Positions 9,218 through 17,290 of a stretch of 32,000 bases of DNA are shown piece after piece. Under the pieces are notes generated by a model that was given only the letters and a program-made list of their open reading frames with translations, searched no databases and was not told the DNA's origin. This stretch comes from Patescibacteria group bacterium (GTDB lineage Bacteria > Patescibacteriota > Patescibacteriia > 2-01-FULL-39-33): assembly GCA_041649575.1 (NCBI GenBank), contig JBAZMW010000004.1, forward strand, positions 30,001 to 62,000, given 5' to 3'. A program made the position numbers and the translations under genes. Within the stretch, counting starts at the first letter, position 1, and the number at the start of each line of letters is the position of its first letter.

Positions 9218-9793
9218 CTACTTTACAATCTTATCGATCAGACCGTAATCCAAAGCCTCCGCTGCCGACATAAATTTGTCACGATCGGTGTCTCTCTCAA
9301 TTTGCGTCAGAGTGCGCGAAGTGTGCTTAACCAAAATTTTATCTAATTTTTCTTTGACTTTCAAAATATGCTCGGCGCGAATCTTGATGTCAATGGCCTG
9401 ACCCTCGGCTCCACCCATCACCTGGTGAATCATGATCTCGCTGTTTGGCAAAGCCAAGCGCTTACTTTTAGCGCCGCCGGCCAAAACTATCGCCGCCATA
9501 CTGCCGGCCAGACCGACGCAAATAGTGGAGACGTCGGCTTTGACATATTGCATGGTGTCATAAATAGCCAAACCGGCAGAAACCGAGCCGCCCGGAGAAT
9601 TGATATAAAGCTTGATATCCTGATCTTTGTCTTCGCTGTCCAAAAACAACAACTGGGCAATGACGGTATTGGCCACCGCATCGTCGATAGGCGAACCCAA
9701 AAAAATTATCCGGTCTTTTAATAATCGCGAATAGATATCATAAGCCCGTTCGCCTAAATGGGTTTTCTCTAAAACAGTGGGGATTAAATACAT
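9218..9793 (-). CDS. clpP: ATP-dependent Clp protease proteolytic subunit
   Basis: [11 protein letters not shown]...[21 protein letters not shown]...[14 protein letters not shown]...MIHQVMGG. Confidence 0.96.
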   Translation of the reverse strand: MYLIPTVLEKTHLGERAYDIYSRLLKDRIIFLGSPIDDAVANTVIAQLLFLDSEDKDQDIKLYINSPGGSVSAGLAIYDTMQYVKADVSTICVGLAGSMAAIVLAGGAKSKRLALPNSEIMIHQVMGGAEGQAIDIKIRAEHILKVKEKLDKILVKHTSRTLTQIERDTDRDKFMSAAEALDYGLIDKIVK

Positions 9794-9842
9794 ATACTTA
9801 TAAATTTAATTCTAAAATCACACTATCATCTTAATACTTTTG

Positions 9843-10793
9843 TCATGGTTTGACAATCAGCCGGCCGGCGGCCTCTTTTAAGGCCCAGGGCAGATGGAAG
9901 CCGGCGGCTTTTTTGTGGCCGCCGCCGCCAAAAAATCCGGCCAACCTGCTTAAATCAACATCTTCGCGCGTGGTTCGCAGGCTGACCTTGGTGTTGTTGG
10001 CATTAATACGAAAAAAAATTGCTCCTCTGACGTTACTTAAAGAATTTAAAAAATTAACAAAGCCGTCAATCTCTTCTTCGCTAACATGATACCTTTTGAG
10101 CTCCTCCTCCTGAATATAGGTATAGACCAATTCCAGTCGACGATTGAAAGCCAGGCGAGACAAAATTAACCCCCACAATCTCAAGCCTTCGAGGGATTTA
10201 TTTTTAAAAACATTCTCGGTGATTTTGCTGATCTGGGCGCCACTCTTCAACAGCTGGGCCGCTGCGCTGATAGCAAAAGCAGTGGTAGCCGAATTGCTAA
10301 AGCCACTGGTATCGTTTAGAATGCCGCACAACAAACAAGTGGCTACTTGGCGATCGATCTTAAAGCCAACCGCCAGAAAAAATTTATAAACCAGTTCACA
10401 GGTGGAGCTGGCTTTTTCATCAACCAAGTTTAGATCGCCAAATTTATTATTGGTGAAGTGATGATCCATATTAACCACCTTCAACCCCCGCCCTTTTAAA
10501 TCCCTGACACCAGTATAGTCCCAGGCACCGGAGTCTAAAACCACCACCAAATCCCAAGGTTCGTCCAGTAACGAAAAATCGCTTTTTAACTCCTCCACGT
10601 AGGGCAAAAAATTAAAATAAGAAGGCCACAGATCAATCACCAGGCCCTCGGCCCTCTTGCCTTGGCGGCGCAAATAAACCAGCAGGCTCAAAATTGAACC
10701 TAGGGCGTCGCCATCGGGCTTACGGTGAGTGATAAGCAGAATCTTCCGCGAGCCGGAAAAATATTCATTCAATTGTTCTAAAGCATGATCCAT
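9843..10793 (-). CDS. DHH/DHHA1 family phosphoesterase (NrnA-like)
   Basis: LITHRKPDGDALGSILSL, NMDHHFTNNKFGDLN, C-terminal FFGGGGHKKAAGFHL. Confidence 0.9.
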   Translation of the reverse strand: MDHALEQLNEYFSGSRKILLITHRKPDGDALGSILSLLVYLRRQGKRAEGLVIDLWPSYFNFLPYVEELKSDFSLLDEPWDLVVVLDSGAWDYTGVRDLKGRGLKVVNMDHHFTNNKFGDLNLVDEKASSTCELVYKFFLAVGFKIDRQVATCLLCGILNDTSGFSNSATTAFAISAAAQLLKSGAQISKITENVFKNKSLEGLRLWGLILSRLAFNRRLELVYTYIQEEELKRYHVSEEEIDGFVNFLNSLSNVRGAIFFRINANNTKVSLRTTREDVDLSRLAGFFGGGGHKKAAGFHLPWALKEAAGRLIVKP

Positions 10794-10914
10794 ATTTTTT
10801 AAACCTGATTGGGTAATCTTTAACTATAGACGGAAAAAATAATTCTGTCAATACTAAAACAAAAAATTCCCTTGAGGGAATTTCCTTTGGCCAAATTTAA
10901 ATATTAATTTTAAC

Positions 10915-11247
10915 CTACTGCAAATTATCCAGTAAATGCTCGATTGCCACCGCTTTGCTTTCGGTTTCATCCAGAAAAAAAATTAAACGAGGTATGCTTC
11001 TTAAAACGATCTTTTCGTTTATCAAACGCCGAAATTCTTTAGCTCCTCTGATCAGAATTTTCATCGCTTCTTGCTTGGCGCTTTCCGGAAAAACACTAAC
11101 ATAAATCCGGGCCGACTTGAGATCAATGGAAGTTTGCACTTTGGTAATCGTCACCAGACTGCCCAGAGGAAACTCCGCTTCGCTCGACAGAATTTGGCCC
11201 AACTGCTGCTTGATTAGTTCGTTAACTTTCACTATCCTTTCGGACAT
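10915..11247 (-). CDS. rbfA: 30S ribosome-binding factor
   Basis: RIVKVNELIKQQLGQILSSE...SIDLKSARIYVSVFPE...RSIPRLIFFLDET. Confidence 0.9.
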   Translation of the reverse strand: MSERIVKVNELIKQQLGQILSSEAEFPLGSLVTITKVQTSIDLKSARIYVSVFPESAKQEAMKILIRGAKEFRRLINEKIVLRSIPRLIFFLDETESKAVAIEHLLDNLQ

Positions 11248-11252
11248 AAAAT

Positions 11253-13235
11253 TTAAACACTTTTGGCTTCCTGATAGAATTCCAGAACGTCACCGACTTC
11301 AATGGCCGCTTTGCCTTCAAAATTAATGCCGCATTCCTGGCCGCTGTGCACCTTGTCCACCGCCTGCCGCGAGCATTCCAGACGATTCACTTTGCCGGAA
11401 GCCACTGGCGCGCCGCCGCGCGTGACGATCACCGTGTCGCAGACAAAGATGCCACCGTCAATAACCCGGCCGCCGACAATCATGCTGCCGGCTTCGCGAC
11501 GAAAAACTTTCAAAATTTCGAGTTGGCCAATTAGTTTTCTGACGACTTCTTTTTCCTTTAAGCTTTCTATTTCTTTTTTGGTGTCCTCGATTAAGTGATA
11601 AATAACTTGGTAGGTTTTTATGGTCACGCCCTTGTCTCTGGCCAGATCAGCCACTTGGACGCTGGGCTTGACATGAAAGCCAATGACTTTGGCCTTGGTG
11701 GCTTCGGCTTTTAAAATATCGGCTTCGGTGATAATGCCCAGACCCTTGCCGATAATCTTGATTTTCACCTCGGCGGTTTCCAGTTTGGCCAAACTTTCTA
11801 TAATCGCCTCGACCGAACCCAGGACATCGGCCTTGATTACCAAATTAATATATTTGGCTTGACTGTCGGTTTCTGTTTCGCGCGTATGAGTTGAAAAATC
11901 TTTTTCTTGATTAATCCGGTGTTGTTTGACGTCTTTGGTTAAATCCTTGGCGCTGTCAGCTACGGCCAAAATACTGCCAACCGCCGGCGCGATTTTCAGT
12001 CCCAAAATTTTGGCGGGCGTGCTGGGTGCGGCGGCGGTTATGGTTTCGCCTTTATGATTTTTCAAACCGCGGACCTTGCCGTAGAAAGTATTGTCCATGC
12101 TTAAGATATCACCAATTTTTAGAGTACCTTTCTGCACCAAAATCGTCGCTACCGGCCCCTCGCCTTTGTCGATATGAGACTCGATTATCGTTCCCACAGC
12201 CAAGCCCGACGGATCGGAAAAAATGTTTTCTTTTTCCATTTCCGCCACCAGCAAAATGGTTTCCAACAGATCATCGATGCCCAAAAACGCTTTGGCCGAA
12301 ACCGGCACGCAAATCACCCGACCGCCCCAATCTTCGGACAACAAATTCAAGGCGGCTAAATCCTGTTTGACTTTTTCGATATTAGCCTCGGGCTTGTCGA
12401 TTTTATTAATAGCCACGATAAAAGGCAACTTATTGTCCTGAATGATTTTAATCGCCTCTTTGGTCTGCGGCCGAACGCCATCGTCGGCGGCAATTACCAA
12501 AATAGCGATATCGGCTACCCGCGCCCCGCGACTGCGCATGGCGGTAAAAGCTTCGTGACCAGGAGTATCAATAAAGGTTATCGGGCAATCTTTTTTGTGA
12601 ACCTGATAGGCGCCAATATGCTGGGTGATACCGCCGCTCTCGCTGGCTACCACGTCGGTTTTTCTAATTGCGTCCAGAATTTTGGTCTTACCGTGATCGA
12701 CATGGCCCATGACCACCACTACCGGCGGCCGGCTTTGGCAGTTAATGGTTTTTTCTTTTAGCACTCCTTCCAGCTTCTGCTGATTGGAGGAACTCGCTTT
12801 ATTAAAAGCCTGGTCATCGGCTACAATTTTAAAACCCAGCTCTTCACCGACGATTGAAGCGGTATCAAAATCGATCCTCTCGTTCATGGAAGTCAAAACG
12901 CCGTTTTTCATCAATTCCACCAAAACCTTATTGACCGGCAAATTCAACAGAGCGGCAAATTCCCGCACAACGATAACCGAAGGAAGGCGCACTTCTATGA
13001 TTTTTTCTTCAACCGGCTCCGAATTTTCTTTGCCGGCTTCTCCGCGAATTTCCGCTATCCGAGAAATTTCTCGTTCATGTTTGACCTGGCTTTTCCAGGC
13101 CTCGATTATTTTATTGGCGATCCGGTCGTCTACCTTGATAGCGCGCCGGCCGATGTCAAAACCCAAAGCCGGCAGTTTGTCAAACAGCTCGGAAGTGGTC
13201 ACTTTAAATTGTCTTGCCAGCTCGGTAACGTTCAT
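11253..13235 (-). CDS. infB: translation initiation factor IF-2
   Basis: VVVMGHVDHGKTKILDAIRKT, ITFIDTPGHEAF, GTP-binding NKIDK; C-terminal GQECGINFEGKAAIEVGDVLEFY. Confidence 0.97.
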   Translation of the reverse strand: MNVTELARQFKVTTSELFDKLPALGFDIGRRAIKVDDRIANKIIEAWKSQVKHEREISRIAEIRGEAGKENSEPVEEKIIEVRLPSVIVVREFAALLNLPVNKVLVELMKNGVLTSMNERIDFDTASIVGEELGFKIVADDQAFNKASSSNQQKLEGVLKEKTINCQSRPPVVVVMGHVDHGKTKILDAIRKTDVVASESGGITQHIGAYQVHKKDCPITFIDTPGHEAFTAMRSRGARVADIAILVIAADDGVRPQTKEAIKIIQDNKLPFIVAINKIDKPEANIEKVKQDLAALNLLSEDWGGRVICVPVSAKAFLGIDDLLETILLVAEMEKENIFSDPSGLAVGTIIESHIDKGEGPVATILVQKGTLKIGDILSMDNTFYGKVRGLKNHKGETITAAAPSTPAKILGLKIAPAVGSILAVADSAKDLTKDVKQHRINQEKDFSTHTRETETDSQAKYINLVIKADVLGSVEAIIESLAKLETAEVKIKIIGKGLGIITEADILKAEATKAKVIGFHVKPSVQVADLARDKGVTIKTYQVIYHLIEDTKKEIESLKEKEVVRKLIGQLEILKVFRREAGSMIVGGRVIDGGIFVCDTVIVTRGGAPVASGKVNRLECSRQAVDKVHSGQECGINFEGKAAIEVGDVLEFYQEAKSV

Positions 13236-13365
13236 AAATTTTTTACTTAATATAATCTACCATAAAATCCATATTTTTTCAAGGATTTATCAAAAAATAA
13301 ATGACGCCCGTGTTCAGCACACAGGCGTCGAAACCTCCATAAACGAATCGCTTGTCGCGACCGGA

Positions 13366-14475
13366 CTACGCCAGGTTGATGTTGATCTCGGCTCGTCCCA
13401 AAGCGGCCAAGGCCAGACCCAGAACGGTAGCAGCGGCATACGGCCGTTCCAAGAACACTGTGGAGCCGGAACTCATGCCGGCGAGCGGGTCAACCAGACG
13501 CACCTCCCTGCCAAACGCCCGCTGGAAGTACAGCGCGATGTTGCGTAAGCGCACGCCACCGCCTGTCAACAGGAACCGGTCCACCTCGCCGCCACCAGGC
13601 AACGAGCGGAAGTAAGCCAAGGAATCTTTGACTTCCGTGACCAGCCGGCTAAGCACCGGGCCGGTCGCTTCGCCCATCTTACCATCGCTGCTGACATCGC
13701 TGGTTGGAACGAAGCCTTGCTCGAGCTTCATGGCTTCCGCCTCCAAGAAAGGCACACCGAAAGCATTGCCGATCGCCGCGGTAACGTCGTTGCCGGCTAG
13801 GTGCAGCGGCCGCGTATAAGCGAATTGACCGCCCCTCTCTATTACCAGGTTGGTCGTGTTGGCGCCCAGGTCGAGCACGGCGACGCACTCATCCGCGTGT
13901 CCCAATTCGCCGATATGCCTCAACCAGTCATAGAGCGCCACCGACGCGGGGATGCAGGCTATCGGATTGACCAGTTCTAGAGGCAAAGGCGCCAGGTGAG
14001 CATTCAGCGCATCTCGCTTGATAGCGGCCATCATAACCTGGTATCCCTTTTCCTTGGCGTCCGCCCCGCAGAGGAGCCCGCTCGTGTCCGTTGTGGGAAA
14101 AAGGTGATATCCCAGGCGAATCTGGTCGAGCTTGAATGGTATCTGTTGCTGAAGTTCATACCGCACGATCTTGTCGATTCTCTTCCTTGGAATCGGTGGC
14201 AGGAACCTGGTCCGAGTGAAAACCGAGCGGCCTGGCACTCCAACCACTGCTGGCTGACGCCAGAAGTGAAGACGATTGCCAATGCCCATTTCAGCCAGTA
14301 GTTCTTCCAGCGCCTGCCGCTTCTTGGCCCGCTTGTCGGCTTCATCGGCCAAGGGATCAAGTAGGTACTCCTTGAGGCCGAAACGAGACAGCCGCAGCAT
14401 GGTGCCGGCACCACGCTCTAGTTCGCACACACGAACCTCGCTGGTACCGATGTCAACAGCAATCCTTCTAAACAT
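13366..14475 (-). CDS. pilM: type IV pilus assembly protein PilM (actin-like ATPase)
   Basis: VDIGTSEVRVCEL...PPIPRKRIDKIVRYELQQQIPF...VLDLGANTTNLVI...LLTGGGVRLRNIALYFQ; SD GGAGG upstream. Confidence 0.88.
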   Translation of the reverse strand: MFRRIAVDIGTSEVRVCELERGAGTMLRLSRFGLKEYLLDPLADEADKRAKKRQALEELLAEMGIGNRLHFWRQPAVVGVPGRSVFTRTRFLPPIPRKRIDKIVRYELQQQIPFKLDQIRLGYHLFPTTDTSGLLCGADAKEKGYQVMMAAIKRDALNAHLAPLPLELVNPIACIPASVALYDWLRHIGELGHADECVAVLDLGANTTNLVIERGGQFAYTRPLHLAGNDVTAAIGNAFGVPFLEAEAMKLEQGFVPTSDVSSDGKMGEATGPVLSRLVTEVKDSLAYFRSLPGGGEVDRFLLTGGGVRLRNIALYFQRAFGREVRLVDPLAGMSSGSTVFLERPYAAATVLGLALAALGRAEININLA

Positions 14476-14609
14476 GGGGGATCCCTCCAGTTGGTTTTAC
14501 ACATGTACTGACCAGAGATTAACAAAAATCATGTCGACCTGTCAATTTTATGACAAAGCCAACCAATTGAAAAAAAGATGTTTTTTTGCTATGCTAGCAT
14601 TAGTTATTT

Positions 14610-14680
14610 GGCCTGATAGCCAAGTGGTAAGGCAACGGTCTGCAAAACCGTTATCGCGGGTTCGAATCCCGCTCAGGCCT
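14610..14680 (+). tRNA. tRNA-Cys(GCA)
   Basis: GGCCTGA-TA-GCCA...CGGTC-TGCAAAA-CCGTT... GCGGG-TTCGAAT-CCCGC-TCAGGCC-T; anticodon GCA. Confidence 0.9.
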
Positions 14681-14684
14681 AAAT

Positions 14685-14715
14685 AAAAACAGAGACCATC
14701 TTGGTCTCTGTTTTT
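14685..14715. terminator. bidirectional terminator between tRNA-Cys and the 3D-domain gene
   Basis: AAAAACAGAGACCATCTTGGTCTCTGTTTTT. Confidence 0.8.
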
Positions 14716-14728
14716 ATTGGTAATACTT

Positions 14729-15262
14729 TTAATAAATTTCCGCTTCCACATACTTGACGCCAAATTGCTTGGCCGCCTCGCGGCTGGACATCCAAACGTC
14801 AATGTAATAATGATAACGAGGATTCATCCGATCTTCGACACTGAAAACCCGATCACCAAAAATTTCCGGCAACTTGATTTTGGTGCCAAAAGGCAAAAAG
14901 TTGGTGGCGACAATTCCGTCCTTAACCCGGCTGCCATTGGCAGTGGTAAAAGGGTCACTATCGCACTGATCAACGGTTGAAGAGTAGGCGGTAACCGTTA
15001 CCTTGACCCTGCGCTTGGGCCGGTTCCAGTCGGCCAAAACCAGTCTGGCCGAAAAGTCGGTTTCATCTTTGGCGTTAAAAATAACCTTTTCTTGGGAATT
15101 AGCCAAAGCCAATATGCTCTCTTGAGGGGTGGTTTGGCTAAAATCAACCGAATAGGCATGAGAGTACTGCGGAAACAGCAACTGAAAAGTAAAAATCAGA
15201 ACAGCAACTATTAGTACTTTTTTCTCTAAATTTAAAGTAAAATTGTAAATTTGTTTTTTCAT
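14729..15262 (-). CDS. secreted 3D (Asp-Asp-Asp) domain protein
   Basis: Signal-like N-terminus MKKQIYNFTLNLEKKVLIVAVLIFTFQ; VTVTAYSSTVDQCDSDPFTTANGSRVKDGIVATNFLPFGTKIKLPEIFGDRVFSVEDRM; ORF open to 15301. Confidence 0.8.
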   Translation of the reverse strand: MKKQIYNFTLNLEKKVLIVAVLIFTFQLLFPQYSHAYSVDFSQTTPQESILALANSQEKVIFNAKDETDFSARLVLADWNRPKRRVKVTVTAYSSTVDQCDSDPFTTANGSRVKDGIVATNFLPFGTKIKLPEIFGDRVFSVEDRMNPRYHYYIDVWMSSREAAKQFGVKYVEAEIY

Positions 15263-15614
15263 ATATTTATTAACTTCCGGAAATAAAAACCACCCTAGCA
15301 TTGTAGGGTGACCTTTCCAGACTTAACGAGTCATTATATCAAACAAAAAACTTTTTGTCAATGATTTTGTGCCTGTTTTTTATATTTTTTCGGCTAAAAT
15401 TAGACAAAATTAATTAATTGAAAAATGTTTTTTATTTAAATTTAGATAAAAAAACAGTGTCTTTCAGTTGTTGCCAACCAAAAGACACCGAAACACAAAC
15501 GCGCACGGAAGACAGTTCAGAACCAAGCGCGATAACCAACGTCTTGCGTGATCATCCTGATAGTCCCCTCCTGCCGCCCTCCCTCTCCATATCCTTGGCA
15601 CCACTGATGATCTG

Positions 15615-15984
15615 TTAGACCTGGGCGGCCTTGCGAAAACGAAGTTGCTCCACGGTGATGCCCAGAGACCTGGCTTCGGCAGCATCGCTCTTCTGCCTGC
15701 CGAGGCTGTTTGCGGCTTTGCGGGCCTTGGCCTTGGCCACGTTGACGGTTGTTCGTTGACTGGTCAAAAACGGCCGATAGTCATACTTGCTGCGCTGCCC
15801 GCCGGAACGTAACGAACCCGCTCCGCCTTTAGCGCTGGAGGATTGACCGACCCCCCCCCTGCTGATGTTTGGGGACAGACGTCGAGGCGTTGGTCGCTGA
15901 AGCATGTGCTCGATTGCCCATGTATCTCTTGTGGCGACTTTTTCCGTCGTCGCCGGAACGGTCACCTTTCCCTTTCCTGGCCAT
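15615..15984 (-). CDS. basic hypothetical protein interrupted by a G9 homopolymer frameshift
   Basis: MARKGKGDRSGDDGKSRHKRYMGNRAHASATNASTSVPKHQQGG (frame A) continues as VGQSSSAKGGAGSLRSGGQRSKYDYRPFLTSQRTTVNVAKAKARKAANSLGRQKSDAAEARSLGITVEQLRFRKAAQV (frame B) if one G is skipped or lost at 15852-15860; SD AAAGGAAC upstream. Confidence 0.5.
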
Positions 15985-16119
15985 GGCTGTTCCTTTCCGC
16001 ACGGAGTGCTCCAAACAAGACAAACAGAATGTACATGCAAAAAAACTTATCACAACAGATAAAAATAGTCAATTTGATTTATCTCGCTAACCCGTTTAAT
16101 TCCAGTTCTTTTCTATAAC

Positions 16120-16151
16120 AAAAATAATCACCAAAAAGGTGATTATTTTTT
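16120..16151. terminator. terminator-like hairpin at the 3' side of the minus-strand tRNA cluster
   Basis: AAAAATAATCACCAAAAAGGTGATTATTTTTT. Confidence 0.75.
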
Positions 16152-16153
16152 GC

Positions 16154-16304
16154 TAAGCGGGTAACGGGAATTACGCGTCGCTCCCTGCCTACCGGTAGGC
16201 AGGCGCTCCTTGCCCTGGGTTGGCAGCAGACCTGCCACCGGCAGGTCTGCTGACGTTCGACCTCATCACTTCGTGATTTGTCTCACTGCCAACCCGTTCG
16301 ATTC
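16154..16304. repeat. multi-hairpin element flanked by tRNA-Gly 3'-end sequence
   Basis: Contains CCTGCCTACCGGTAGGCAGG (perfect palindrome), CAGCAGACCTGCC-ACC-GGCAGGTCTGCTG, GGGTTGG...CCAACCC, ATCAC-TTC-GTGAT, and outer AACGGGAAT...ATTCCCGTT. Confidence 0.7.
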
Positions 16305-16320
16305 CCGTTAATTTCTGTTA

Positions 16321-16392
16321 AGCGGGTAACGGGAATCGAACCCGTATTTCCACCTTGGAAGGGTGGCATAATAACCATTATACTATACCCGC
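16321..16392 (-). tRNA. tRNA-Gly(TCC)
   Basis: GCGGGTA-TA-GTAT-AATGGTT-ATTA-T-GCCAC-CCTTCCA-AGGTGG...ACGGG-TTCGATT-CCCGT-TACCCGC-T. Confidence 0.9.
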
Positions 16393-16409
16393 GCTTATTT
16401 GCTTCTTGG

Positions 16410-16480
16410 TCGGGGTGCGGAGAATTGAACTCCGGCTACATGCACCCCATGCATGCGTACTACCGTTATACTACACCCCG
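16410..16480 (-). tRNA. tRNA-Pro(GGG)
   Basis: CGGGGTG-TAGTATAACGGTAGTACG-CATGC-ATGGGGT-GCATG-...CGGAG-TTCAATT-CTCCG-CACCCCG-A. Confidence 0.87.
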
Positions 16481-16524
16481 TAAAACTAATTTATTGTATA
16501 CTTAATAAAAAATGTCTCGTTATG

Positions 16525-16708
16525 TCGGGGTGACAGGACTTGAACCTGCGACCTCTTACTCCTTCACCCTGTTAAATAATTGTCGGAGTAGTGGGATTTG
16601 AACCCACGATCTCCTGCTCCCAAAGCAGGCGCGATAGCCAGCTTCGCTATACTCCGGTAATTTAACAGGGCGAGAAGCAAGCGCTCTAGCCAACTGAGCT
16701 ACACCCCG
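16525..16708 (-). other. outer tRNA-like gene (Pro-type acceptor) split in its anticodon loop by an insertion carrying a complete tRNA
   Basis: 5' part CGGGGTG-TA-GCTC-AGTTGGCTA-GAGC-G-CTTGC (16708-16677); 3' part GTAAG-AGGTC-GCAGG-TTCAAGT-CCTGT-CACCCCG-A (16559-16525). All stems pair. The insert arms CCCTGTTAAAT / ATTTAACAGGG form an 11-bp perfect helix. Confidence 0.8.
16583..16656 (-). tRNA. tRNA-Pro(TGG), nested inside the outer tRNA-like gene
   Basis: CGGAGTA-TA-GCGAAGCTGGCTATCGC-G-CCTGC-TTTGGGA-GCAGG-AGATC-GTGGG-TTCAAAT-CCCAC-TACTCCG-A. Confidence 0.92.
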
Positions 16709-16774
16709 TATTAAAACAAACAATCAACAACGATGAGCGCATTGTCAATTGCAAATCGTTAACTGTTTTGAGTA

Positions 16775-16846
16775 TGCCGAGGGCGAGAATCGGACTCGCG
16801 ACACAAAGATTTTCAGTCTTCTGCTCTACCACTGAGCTACCTCGGC
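16775..16846 (-). tRNA. tRNA-Phe(GAA)
   Basis: GCCGAGG-TA-GCTC-AGTGGTA-GAGC-A-GAAGA-CTGAAAA-TCTTT-GTGTC-GCGAG-TCCGATT-CTCGC-CCTCGGC-A. Confidence 0.9.
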
Positions 16847-16926
16847 TCTCACCTCGCCGTAGCCGATAGGCGAAAGCGGGTTAAACTTTTATCAGTCCGC
16901 CTTCGCTAAAGCTACGGCGGACACTG

Positions 16927-16980
16927 TGCGCATACCTGGATTTGAAGTCTGGACCTTCCCGATATATCGGGACGCTCTAA
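16927..16980 (-). pseudogene. tRNA-Ile 3'-half copy whose anticodon arm is replaced by the palindrome TCCCGATATATCGGGA
   Basis: Minus strand GAGCG-TCCCGATATATCGGGA-AGGTC-CAGAC-TTCAAAT-CCAGG-TATGCGC-A, compared with the intact tRNA-Ile at 17214-17287. Confidence 0.7.
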
Positions 16981-17212
16981 TTAAATCCTCTAGATACTTT
17001 CGCGACTTCATTCTTTTTAAACAACTCTCTCTTCTGATTGCCTCTTTTTTGTCCTCGTATTCTTCATGATAGACTAATTTTTAAGGCTTTTTATTGCTGG
17101 TGTACCGGCCTGTAGAGCTATTATGCTGGCGAATTCTCTTTTCCAAATCAGAAGAGTAACCAATATAGTAGCTACCATCTCTTTCGCTTTGCAAGATATA
17201 AAGGCAATGCAT
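16978..17212 (-). pseudogene. small GIY-YIG nuclease ORF with an in-frame TAA (17081-17083)
   Basis: MHCLYILQSERDGSYYIGYSSDLEKRIRQHNSSTGRYTSNKKP*KLVYHEEYEDKKEAIRRESCLKRMKSRKYLEDLIRA; starts 2 nt after the tRNA-Ile 3' end and runs into the tRNA-Ile fragment. Confidence 0.8.
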
Positions 17213-17213
17213 G

Positions 17214-17287
17214 TGCGCATACCTGGATTTGAACCAGGGACCTCGTCATTATCAGTGACGCGCTCTAACCAACTGAGCTATATGCGC
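17214..17287 (-). tRNA. tRNA-Ile(GAT)
   Basis: GCGCATA-TA-GCTC-AGTTGGTTA-GAGC-G-CGTCA-CTGATAA-TGACG-AGGTC-CCTGG-TTCAAAT-CCAGG-TATGCGC-A. Confidence 0.93.
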
Positions 17288-17290
17288 TTA

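Noticed and set aside
9098-9346. 82-aa plus-strand ORF between rny and clpP
   Set aside because: AT-rich, no SD recognised, overlaps the clpP 3' end; not supported.
12026-12370. Plus-strand ORFs antisense to infB, rny, clpP and other housekeeping genes
   Set aside because: The opposite strand encodes clearly conserved proteins; these are shadow ORFs.
16525-16708. Group I or group II intron in the outer tRNA
   Set aside because: The insertion minus the inner tRNA leaves only about 36 nt, with no room for a ribozyme core; the same holds for 5480-5588.
16902-17212. Stop-codon recoding as explanation for the in-frame TAA in the GIY-YIG ORF
   Set aside because: TAA recoding is not expected (known related-lineage recoding involves TGA), and housekeeping ORFs here terminate normally at TAA. 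A pseudogene is simpler.
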